64,000 bases of DNA, taken from the NCBI RefSeq assembly GCF_006345805.1, contig NC_043007.1, forward strand, positions 5,766,001 through 5,830,000. Direction: 5' to 3'. The stretch's first letter is position 1; every line of letters begins with the position of its first letter. Position numbers and translations under genes: made by a program. The notes under the pieces were generated by a model. The model was not told the DNA's origin and searched no databases. It worked only from the letters and a program-made list of their open reading frames with translations. This document shows positions 41,108 to 52,240 of this stretch, one piece after another. This DNA comes from Octopus sinensis. Taxonomy: Eukaryota.

Positions 41108-44100
41108 TCAAGATTGGTTGTGTAAATGCACGTGGCTTGGGGTCCCCTTGGAAACAAGGGTACCTCTTAAATGACATAAAGTCACATAAGTTAGAAATCA
41201 TAGCCATAAGTGAGACCAGACTCCACAATCCGCGGGCCCTAAAGACCATGTTTGGCGGACAGTTCAACATTTATTTTCCCCCCTGTCTGCCGAGAATGGG
41301 CGGTAGTGGCACCGCGGTATTTTTTCGCAAGAGTCTGGATCTCAAAGTAAGGACAATATTCGTAGACCCGGAGGGTAGACTGGTCGTCCTGGATGTCGAC
41401 AGCAGCAATGGGTGCGCTTTTCGACTCGTATCAGTCTACGCACCGCCCTTAACGGGTCGGGCGGATTTCTTCCAACGTCTAGAAGTATTCTTGGGAACGT
41501 CTCGTTCTTTACTCTTAGTGGGGGATTGGAATGCTACCTTGGACATGCATGTAGACTACGTGGGTAGAGATAGGAATAGACGGGGATGCAAATGCCTCAG
41601 AGACCTGCTCAGACGCTTTGAACTGTCTGACAGGTTCCGACTAGACCACCCGAATGCGCCAACGTGGACATGGAGCAACCGCATCGGGTCGTCGAGATCG
41701 TATCTAGATAGGATACTGTGTAGGACAGTAGACAGAGATAGCATAGGATGTCCACAATTCCACATTGTCAGCTACACGGATCACAAACTTGTGACATGTA
41801 CGCTAGGCTTAGGTAAGACACTTAGGCAGGGTCCAGGATACTGGAAACTAAACGCGTCTTTCCCATCTAGACAGGTTTTCAGAGACCGGATTAGCACACT
41901 AGTAAAGAGAGCTTTGACGGGAGCCATCATCAACATCAAATGGTGGTTTGCCCTCAAGAGAGCAGTAAAAGCAGAAGCGATTAGGTACAGCAAAGCACCA
42001 GCCATAGATAGAAATAGAGTAGAGGGTGAGCTAGTTAAGAAGCTAGAAGAGACAATTAGAAGCGGCATCGCATCCGACGTTTTGGCGGCGAGGTTGGCCC
42101 TCGACCAACAGTTCAACGCCAAACACGAAGGATGTGCTGTCAGAGCTAGGATGCGTGCTCTAAGGAACGAAGGTGTTGGAGCCGCGAGAGAGGCCCGGGT
42201 GGCAGAGGCGCAACAGGGCAACAAATCCACCATTCGGTCCCTGGTAGATGAACAGGGGCGCGAATTGCTCGAGCCAAGTAAAATGTGTGAGGCCTTTCAG
42301 CAGCATTTTGCCCGACTGTTCGGGACGAGTGGAGGGCAAGAACGTAGGGTGGACTTCAGTGCCTACCTACATAGCCTACCACGACTCTCGACAAGAAAGG
42401 CAGGGTGCTGCGAAGGTGCCATCACGGCGGCGGAAGTGCAGGACGCGATGGCAGAATGCTCGAGGGACAAATCACCGGGTTTGGATGGTCTACCCTACGA
42501 GCTTTACAATTGTATGCCAGACTTGTTTGGAGATCTCTTGGCGGCGGTGTACTGCAACTGGCAGCAAAACGGGACCATTCCTGGTTTTGTGAGCCGAGGA
42601 GCCGTAACACTGCTGAAGAAAGATCTAAACAAGGGAAATGTAATAGATAACTTTAGGCCCATCACTCTGCTTAATGCAGACTTGAAAATTTTGGCCAAGG
42701 TGCTAGCCAAGAGGTTGGCGCTTGTCATCGAGAAACTAGTCGACAAGGCGCAAACATGCGCCGTGCCGGGCCGGACCATCCATGACAATCTCCACCTGAT
42801 GCGCTACATCATAGACAGGGTAGTTAACGAACCTGGCATGGGTGGGGCGCTGATCAATTTGGATCAATCGAAAGCTTTCGATAGGGTGGACCATCGATAC
42901 TTGGAGGCGGTCCTCAGAGCGGCTGGCTTCGGTCCCGTCTTCCGCGGCTGGATAGCCGCTTTGTACAGAGGCATCCGTTCGGTAATTCGCGTGAATGGAC
43001 ATCTATCGAGACCCTTCTACATCGCACGTTCGGTCCGTCAGGGATGTCCCCTCTCGTCGCTTCTATACGTATTGACTCTCGAGCCATTATTGCGGAAGCT
43101 GGCAACTTTGAGGGGCATCCCGCGAGAACTGGGATGCGGGACGAGCGTGTCTGCATACGCGGACGACGTCACCGTCATAGTGTCTAGCCACGAGCACATC
43201 GAGCTGGTCGGCGAGACACTGAAAAACTACGAAGCGGTGACAGGGGCGAAAATCAACCGGGAAAAGTCAGTGGGCTTGCGACTAGGCACCTGGAGAAACA
43301 AGCCCATGCCGTCCACCAGCTCCTCCGTCGTGGGACGCTGGACCGACGGCCCGGTTGAGTTGCTTGGGGTCTGGTTTGGTCCGGACCTCCAAGTGGAAAA
43401 GAACTGGAACGAGATAACGAGGAGGGTGGTCACTCTCGCCCGGCAATGGGCCGAGAGGAAACTGTCCCTAAAAGGTCGAGCGGGGGTGGCGAACACGTAC
43501 ATCGCGTCCGTCATCTACTACCGCCTGACCGTCGTGCCTTGTCCCGACCCTACCATCACCAAACTACAACGCATTCTCTTTCGCTTCTTGTGGAAAGGAT
43601 GCGTCCCGATGGTCAGGCAATCCATTTGCTGTCAACACCTGTTAAAAGGAGGACTGGGCATGCCGTGGTTGATGATGCGCAGACACGTGCTGAGACTGCG
43701 ACATCTCTGGCTCTATGTAGACGACGGTGAACAGGTGTGGTCGCCGTTTGTGAGGCACGCTTTCCCGCAGCTCGTCTCCATGACCGAACTGCAGTCGTGG
43801 ATCAAAAAGAGGCCGAGGAAGGGCGAATGGCAGCGCGAGTGTCGCGTTGCTCTCAAGCAACTCTGCCGTCCTGGGTCGACCTTGAGTGACTTCAACACAA
43901 CCAAAGCATTCTATAGGGGATTAATGGAGGGGAGGTACGACGACGAGCTCGGGCGAACCTGGACGTCGACAAGGAGTACCTGACCCGCCTGTTCAGGACG
44001 ACTTTCGGGCCAGGGCCCATGGACAACTTCCAGAGATCCCTGGCCTGGCAGTGCTACCGAGAAGCGCTACCCGTTCGGGATAAGCTCTACAGACACGGCT

Positions 44101-44540
44101 CGAGAAACACGGGGCCGACCTGCCCGAGATGCGGTCAGAGCGACGAAACCGTTCTGCACGCACTCGTGCAGTGTCCAACAATTTCCGACCTGTGGGCTTA
44201 TGTCGAACAACTGCTGTCACGTGTGGGACGAGTCGGTTTATCAGCTGAGTCTGTCGTCAATATTGTCGCGCCTCCTTCCTTCAAACGGGAAGGAAGAGCT
44301 ATTTTCATCATCCTTGTGGCTATGGCGAAAGAATGTATCTGGTGGACGCGTCTGAAAGGATTGGAGACAAACACTTTCCTCTCTGGTCAATCTCTCATCA
44401 ACTTCTTCAAGTACCACTTGAAAAGGAAAGTGAGAGTAGAGGGGCAAGTTTTGTCTAGGGAATGTTTTAAAAAAAGATGGGTGAATGTAGCAAGGATGGC
44501 ACGTATGAATGACGAAGCCACCTTGAGCATAATCCTATGA
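41104..44540 (+). CDS. Tx1 ORF2 (APE endonuclease, reverse transcriptase, C-terminal zinc finger); one -1 frameshift near 43951; about 1145 aa if corrected
   Basis: EN: CVNARGL, AISET, VGDWNA, YLDRI, TDHKLV. RT: SPGLDGLP, FRPITLLNADLKI, LDQSKAFDRV, RQGCPLS, AYADDV. C-terminal CPRCGQSDETVLHALVQC. Confidence 0.95.
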
Positions 44541-45006
44541 AGCCAGAAATTGAAAACAGAGGGTTACCCACTTGGAAACAAATGTGGTAACACATAACAA
44601 TATTGACCAAGGTTACCGTGGTCTTTTTCGTAGGCTTTTCTTCCCACGGATAAACCTTACTTGCTTTCCCCTTTACACCATATATCATAACACTGTGATA
44701 CACGATCCCTATTGATCGTTCCTTTTTTTTCCTCTTCCCCTTTTTTCTTCTTTTTTCATTGCTCTTTTCTTTTGTTCCTTTTCCTTTTCTTTTTTTTTAT
44801 TTTTATTTTTCTTATTTATTTTTTATTTAATTAATTTATTTATTTTTGTTCTTTTCTTCCCTTTTACGATCCCTCTTGATCGAAAACCTACGTCACCCCC
44901 TTTTTTTTGTTTCTTTTGTTTTTTGTTTTTTTCATCCCCCAAAAGAAAAGCTCTACCTTGTAACTTGTCCCATCTGTGTGCAGCCCTGTGTGGCCAATAA
45001 AGAAAC

Positions 45007-45007
<1 letters not shown>

Positions 45008-45081
<74 letters not shown>
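45008..45081. repeat. (TATC)n right flank of the Tx1 element
   Basis: Direct inspection; a further (TATC)n tract lies at about 45277-45420. Confidence 0.95.
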
Positions 45082-45082
<1 letters not shown>

Positions 45083-45305
45083 TTGTTTATTTGTTCTTTT
45101 TGTCTGTCTTTCTACCAACCTAGATAGCTAGCTACCTATTTATTTCAATATTCTGTTTAACTCTCCACATCTTTATTCCTTTAGTTACTTCTTTCTCTCT
45201 CTCTCTCTCTCTCTCTTTGTCTCTATTTTTTCTTCTTTTCCACCTCACCTAGCCTCCCTCCCTCTTCTCTCTCCGTCTATCTATCTATCTATCTATCTAT
45301 TTATC

Positions 45306-45385
<80 letters not shown>

Positions 45386-45391
45386 AATCTA

Positions 45392-45423
<32 letters not shown>

Positions 45424-45556
45424 CCTGAAGTTTTTTCTATCTTCTTTTCAATCTTTCCGTGTGCCTGTATGTCTGTCCCCCCTCTCTCTTTCTCTCTCTC
45501 ACTCTATCTATTATTCTTTCTTCATCTCCAGCTAACTCTCTTCCATCATCTCTTTC

Positions 45557-45591
<35 letters not shown>

Positions 45592-45708
45592 GGCTTTCGA
45601 CTTCCGTGAATCATCACCTGCTTTTACACTGTCTTCTTTTCTCATCTTTTCTTCCACCTTCTCCTCCAGCTTCTTGTCTTTTCCCTCAAAAATCAACCAC
45701 TAAACTAT

Positions 45709-46016
45709 AGGTTCTCAAAGTGATCGCCCCCGCCCCCCCGTGGGCGTTGAGACGGTCGAGGTGGGTGCTGGCGTCTAAGGTAGGGGTGGGGCGTTAGAGA
45801 AAAAGGAGGCGTTGGGGGACGCTACGAATTTATTATAATATTATTATAGGATTGTATACAAATTACATAATATTATTTTAAACATCAAATGATTCATAAT
45901 ATATATAAATGAGTAAAATATAAATCATTTATTTATACATAAAAATAGGGGTGAGGGCGCTGAGGGTATTATGTGGCCATGAGGGGGCGGTGGCCCAAAA
46001 AGTTTGAGAACCTCTG
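45709..46016. mobile_element. hAT (Charlie-like) MITE
   Basis: Termini AGGTTCTCAAAGT ... AGTTTGAGAACCTCTG; left end degenerate; TSD unclear (AACTATAG vs TACTATAT). Confidence 0.6.
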
Positions 46017-46562
46017 TACTATATGTTATTACTCTAACATTTACGGCTCCCCACCTCTACCGCCGAACGATATTCACAAATGAAACAAGAAAGCATCAGC
46101 TACACTAATTAGAAACAGCAGCCAAATCTCTCAAATCACTCGTCACTCCTTTTTTTTTAATGGAGCCTTAGTTACATCTATCTCTTCTACTGCTCTCCCT
46201 ATACACCCTGCACTGTCGAATGCAGTTCACAATGATTACAACTCCTTAACTCCTTCCGATAATACACTGATCTCGGGTAGCAGACCACCCTTGCGAACCC
46301 CATTAAATATTTTTCATCATAGTTTCATAGTTTCATAGCTATCCTCGATACCAGGAGTTACGAAAATTTTAGTGCGGCGGGCAAAAGTTTTCAAAAAAAA
46401 AAAGAATGGTCCGCGGGCGGATCACATGTTCTAACTCTTATATCTGTGTAAATCTTGTATAATTTGATATACATAAATAAAGATAAGTTCAACACATTAG
46501 ATTAACGCGTAACACTTTCATTAACTCCGCCACTAAATTTAGGACGTTTACATTACTTATGA

Positions 46563-46820
46563 ATTCTATTGTGTCTGGGGAGAGTCATTTTCTTTTTGAG
46601 CCTTATTAAGTAACACACTCACCGGTAAAATTTCCACTTTTTTCCTATTTTAATTGTCCTAAAATTTTCGTTGCGTCTTGCAACCTTTTCAATAGTTTAT
46701 GGTTGCAAGACGCAACGAAAATTTTAGGACAATAAAAATAAGAAAAACGTGGAAATTTTATCGGTGAGTGTGTTACATAAGGCACAAAAAGAAAATGACT
46801 CTCCCCAGATACAATAGAAT
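46563..46820. repeat. Long imperfect palindrome (about 120-bp arms, 15-nt loop at 46686-46700)
   Basis: attctattgtgtctggggagagtc...gttgcgtcttgcaacc is mirrored by ggttgcaagacgcaac...gactctccccagatacaatagaat. Confidence 0.9.
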
Positions 46821-47771
46821 ATGCTTCAACACACGAACTCATATAAAGAATCTTGCAAACCAAATCCAAAAACGAAATATTACTTATGAAGTTTTCTATA
46901 TTTTTCATCTAGGGTGTGGTTGGGTCTCAAGGGGGTGGAACAAACCGAGCAATATGGGTTTTATAGGGAAACTAAAATTTCCATTCATATGGCAATTACC
47001 GGATGATTTCTGTTCAGGTCTAACCGTTTAAATCATAATAGAAATGCGACATATGTTACAAAGAGGCATACGAGTATTGTATATTTTTTATAATTGAAAA
47101 ATTTGATATATTTTGTACACCCGAGTATACAAGCCTGCGAGCGCAATTGCCCCCACGGGCGGGCTTGCCCCCACCCTTCTCTATACTGTCGTCCATGCAC
47201 CGTGGTTTTCAGATGCCGCCTGCATTTTTAGCAAGCTTCTTCTCTCAGTAGGACACGACATTTTCCGAAGATGTCCATTTGTGTTCCTTTTCCTCATTTC
47301 TACCTTGCACTCCATTATCACCACCACCATCATCACTTCCTCCACCGTCACCACCGCGGCCATCACGTTCCGCAATGTTCCCCATTCTCCGTTGGCTTTT
47401 TCCTGCTAGCATTATTTGCTGCGTCGCACGAACAATGGACTCTAGAAAACCTGGTGGCATCATGTGTCACCGTACTTTTGTTACTTTGAAATTCTCCAAC
47501 AGCAATGTTAATGGCAACTGGAATGTTCCAGTAGCACTATACAGCCTTCTCTGCGTATTCTGTAATATAAAACCATTCTCCAGGGAACCTGCAATTCCGC
47601 CCAGTCTCGTTAATGACATACCATGCACTTAGAGTAACTATAATAGCCTCAACAAAATGCCATCATCATAACATCACATATTGAAATATACAATGAAATA
47701 ACATTGTTAATCGAATTGATTTTCTCCCAAAATAGCCACGGTCACAACACCCATCCGGCCATAAATTATAG

Positions 47772-47814
<43 letters not shown>

Positions 47815-48208
47815 CGAAGCGATCAATGTTTGAATCCCACGGTCAGCCGACCTAATTCTGCATTTCACTACTCACAGTTTTGAACTGCTAAACATTATTG
47901 TTGCACTTCCTTAATTTGAATCTCTTCATTCATACATTTCTATACATACGTACCTTTTTGAATGCCCATTACTCCGATAATTCTGCATTTTTACAGTCAC
48001 ACTTTCTCCATGACAGTAGATAAATTTTTTCCACGACATATAATGGCTTCATGCAGGTAAAGCGTGGATTCGATCCTCCATTGCCAAATTTCACTTAACA
48101 CGTCAGCAGTGCTTTTCTCGCGGTAAATACACCTTTTTATATCAGGGGTAATAAGATATTTCAATAGAACATCTTTACCCCCGGGAATTACCGGGTACAC
48201 CAGCTAAT
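47815..48208 (+). mobile_element. Possible non-autonomous Helitron (3' hairpin end)
   Basis: CCCGGGAATTACCGGG hairpin-like motif then 'cagctaat', resembling the 34646-34674 terminus; 5' end uncertain. Confidence 0.4.
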
Positions 48209-48243
<35 letters not shown>

Positions 48244-48254
48244 AACAGCCTAAG

Positions 48255-48665
48255 GCAAAATTTGACCTTAGCAACAAAGACCAATCATTCACTGTATCTA
48301 AATGCAATGATAGGCGATGTGTCACGTGCCAAATCATACATACTGGCCAATATGTGATGAAAACATCTAAAAAGATTCACAAATGCAAATATGAACTGCA
48401 AAAGTCGAAATTTGATTTACTCCATCAAATGGCCAAATTGTGAAGAACTATATGTAGGTCAGACTGGAAATACGCTATCAGAACGTTCACGTGTGCACCT
48501 ACAGCAAATTAGAGACCCACATGTCCGCCAGGTATTTTTGAGTAACTATCTAGCAACATGCGGTCGGAAAATATTTATAATACTTCCATACTACAAACTA
48601 CAAAGTCCAAGTGAAATTGAAAAAAAGAATCAGAGAAAACAATAATACTAATATTTAGAGGTACT
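48255..48665 (+). mobile_element. Penelope-like element fragment: GIY-YIG endonuclease
   Basis: NCKSRNLIYSIKWPNCEELYVGQTGNTLSERSRVHLQQIRDP, preceded by CNDRRCVTC-like linker residues. Confidence 0.85.
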
Positions 48666-48859
48666 ATTTCTACTGCTACAACCACTATAACTGACAATAA
48701 TAATACTGAAGGGGCTTATTATGATGATAGCAGGAAAATACCAGCTAGGTCAAGAGAAAAATCAGTAAAATTTATTTTATTTTGGGGGTTTAAAGCTCTA
48801 TTAACAGAGCTACTCCTACCACCACCACCAATAACAACAACAACAACAATAAAAAAGGA

Positions 48860-49037
48860 GATGATGATGATGATGACGACGATGATGATGACGATGATGA
48901 TGATGACGATGATGATGATGACGATGATGATGATGACGATGATGATGATGATGATGATGTTGATGACGACGACGATGATGATGACGACGATGATGTTGAC
49001 GATGATGATGATGACGATGATGATGATGATGATGATA
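48860..49037. repeat. (GAT/GAC)n trinucleotide repeat
   Basis: Direct inspection. Confidence 0.95.
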
Positions 49038-49569
49038 ATTGAAATGTAGAAATCCCTGAGAAATGTTGTTTACAACATTTCTAAAAATAGCCCAACAATT
49101 ACTGCTTTGGCCACGGTCAAAATACAGGTCTATTGAGATGTTTAACAAACCGTGACGCCTAAACCAAACACCAATCAACTGAAGTATTTTAGTAAAACCA
49201 TACGCTGATTGGTCAGAATACAGTTTGCATAAATTAAGATTCTGGATCCTATACAAATGTATTTAAGGCGCACAATTAAGCCATGTGACCGCAGTTGCAA
49301 ATTGCAAAACATGACGGTTACCACAACTACATGATCCTGAAGATTGCATAGTTTAAGCCATGAAAGTACAAGTTCTATCGGAATGGACATCTGATATTCT
49401 ATCATTTCATTACATTATATATTACCTTATATTATATTATTATAAGATTGTAAATATAACGTGAAAATCAAAGTTGCAATTTCTTTGAGCAATATATTCT
49501 TCTATGCACAATCATACACACATGTGTGTGTATATATATAATATACATACATACGTACATATATATATA

Positions 49570-49790
49570 TATGACCGCCTGTGTACCGTTGGTGAGTTGT
49601 TCTCCCCCGTCTTCCCTTCCTTGGATCTTTCCTTTTCCTATGTTTCTGACGAAGAGCTCCGCTCGAAACGTTAAATCCTCCTTCTTTCTTTCCTTTCCTG
49701 AGCGTCCAATAACACTATACTTGTTCCACGTCCTTGCGTTGCATTTTCTCTCTGTGTTTTCATGTTTGGATTAACTTTATGTGTACATAA
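49570..49790 (+). mobile_element. GAGC-stem hammerhead-bearing repeat
   Basis: Aligns to 20975-21105; flanked by (TA)n. Confidence 0.7.
49642..49676 (+). ncRNA. Minimal type I hammerhead motif, canonical core
   Basis: GUUU-CUGACGA-A-GAGC(UCC)GCUC-GAAA-CG-UU-AAAU; GUU triplet; loopless AC/GU stem III. Confidence 0.7.
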
Positions 49791-50092
49791 TATATATATA
49801 TATATATATATGTAAATATATACAAACACACATGTATTTGTTATTATACTATGTTAAACATAATAGCGATTTATGAGTATGACAGTGACTTCGAAGGTGA
49901 GCAAGCCGAAATTCCACGTCACTTTTTCCTTTTCCATGTAAAGTTTGCGGTGTAAAATATGTGTACGCGCACGCGTGTGTATACACATATGCATATGTAT
50001 GTAATATATATGTACGTGTATGTATATATATATATATATATACATGCATAGATAGACAGATACATACATACATACATACATGCATATAGATC

Positions 50093-50222
<130 letters not shown>

Positions 50223-50687
50223 ATGGAGTTACATATTTACGTCAGGTCCGTGCAGATTGTCGTTCTAAAAGTCGCCTGGAGATTTACTTCGACAGTAATT
50301 CTAAATGCTTAATGTGCAAATCTTCTTGGATGCTTTCCATTTGTTTATCCAGGAGTAACAGCATGTCTTCTAATTTCTTTAAATGTCTTTTAATAGGTTG
50401 TCTTTCAATTTGATTCATGGAATACTCAGCACGTTCACGTTAACTCAAAGACATCGCATTTGGCATTGATTCTGGTTGTTATATATGCTGATCAACAAAT
50501 ACATGTTTGTGTGTATGTATGGCTGGATGTATGTAAGCATTCATGTATGTATGTACGTATGTGTGTCTGTATGTATGTGTGTTTAGATGGATGGATGTTT
50601 GCATATTTGTGTATATGCATGTACGTATATGTGTATAATTGTATCTGTGTGTATGCATGCATGTGGTATACGTACATATACATGTGT

Positions 50688-50724
<37 letters not shown>

Positions 50725-51861
50725 CTACCGCTGTGTATTGAATATTGCATCTACAGCTGTTCCTTCAATATCTGCCTGGGAACGATTAGTATACCCCCCA
50801 CACACAGACACACTTGCGTGAGTGTATATGTACATACATATGCATACATGCATATCATGTGTGCGGAAGTGTATGTGTGCTTGTTTGTGTGTGTGTGTGT
50901 GTGTGTTTGTGTATGTGAATTCGTGTACAGTGCCTAAATTCGGCGTGACATACAGCGTGGGCTAAACAAACTTATCTGCAAACATGTTCGGCAGAACATT
51001 CTAGAACAACGGAAGGAATTTCTGTTAACACTAGCAATACAAACTCACACATGCATTCACTCAATCACTCATTCCCACACACACATACTCACGCATGCAA
51101 GCACACACATTGTTCTGAAATTCCAATGTGTGAGTTTTCGTTACTGCGCATCTGATGAGGCAGGTGAGTATCTTTCTTCCTTGTTCTGCGGCGCACTTAT
51201 CTATACTCATTGACAATAACCGGCCAACCTGGAACAAAGTAAACCAACCTTGATTAACCCCATCTTCTCTTCGATTTCATTCCAATGACCCGTTCCCCGT
51301 CAACTTTTTATTGGAACTTAGTTATTCAGTAATCTGTTTTCCGAAATAGTTTTACTAAGATCTGTTCACTGTAAATTTCTCAATGGAACTTGTATACTGT
51401 AAGTTATTTAGTGTCCCGTTCACCGTAGATGCTTCACTGTGATCTGTTCATCATAAACCGTTCATTGCGGCCTGTACATTAAGCTCTTCTATAATGAACT
51501 GTTCTTGGCAAGTTGTTCACTTTGATTTCTACGTTTGTCTGTTATGTGAAGAGGTGGTAAGAGAAGAGGTTACAGAATATGACTAAAGAATTTGATAACC
51601 AAATAATTAACGCTAGCCGTACTCGGGGAAATTCCATCTCCTATTCTGTGGCACACTGTGACGGCCATAAACATCTCCCCACACGGTATTAATGGCAATA
51701 ATATCCTGACATTTCCTTCTTCCTCCTTTCGTATTTCGCGGAATATCTCTTCAGTTGCATTTTGCTCTCCGAAATTATTTTTCTCATTTCAGTTTGTGCA
51801 AAACATTCCTGCCTATCATCACCGTTCATATTTTGCCTTCTTTCTTAATTAACAGTTTTCA

Positions 51862-52240
51862 TTCATCATCATCATCAACGTTTAACGTCCGCTTTCCATG
51901 CTAGCATGGGTTGGACGAATGACCGAGGGCTGGCGAACCAGATGGCTGCACCAGGCTCCAATCTTGATCTGGTAGAGTTCCACAGCTGGATGCCCTTCCT
52001 AACGCCAACCACTTCGTGAGTGTAGTGGGTGCTTTTTATGTGCCACCGGCACGGGGGCCAGTCAGGCAGTACTGGCAATGACCTCACTCGAATGGTGCCC
52101 TTGTACGTGTCACGGGTACGGAAGCCAGTTGGCTGCTCTGGCAACGATCACGCTCGGATGGTGTTCTTGGCACCCTTCTAGCACAGGCATAAGTGCCAGT
52201 AAGGCGTCGCTGGCAACGATCATACTCGAATGGTGCCCTT
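51862..52240 (-). mobile_element. RTE-related non-autonomous element with (GAT)n tail and internal 50-60-bp tandem units
   Basis: Minus-strand end ...ccaacccatgctagcatggaaagcggacgttaaacgttgatgatgatg; repeated 'ctggcaa.gatca..ctcg.atggtg'. Confidence 0.65.

Larger units (their letters stand above)
39125..45007 (+). mobile_element. Near full-length L1/Tx1-clade non-LTR retrotransposon inserted in (ATCT)n
   Basis: About 220-bp 5' UTR; ORF1 with CCHC knuckle; ORF2 APE-RT-zinc finger; T-rich 3' UTR with AATAAA at 44996-45001; (ATCT)n on both sides. Confidence 0.92.

Noticed and set aside
41556-44447. Minus-strand and alternate-frame ORFs overlapping Tx1 ORF2
   Set aside because: Shadow frames of a GC-rich coding sequence.
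51152-51190. CTGATGAGG hammerhead-like start
   Set aside because: No closing stem II/GAAA element downstream; 30539 and 31715 fail for the same reason.
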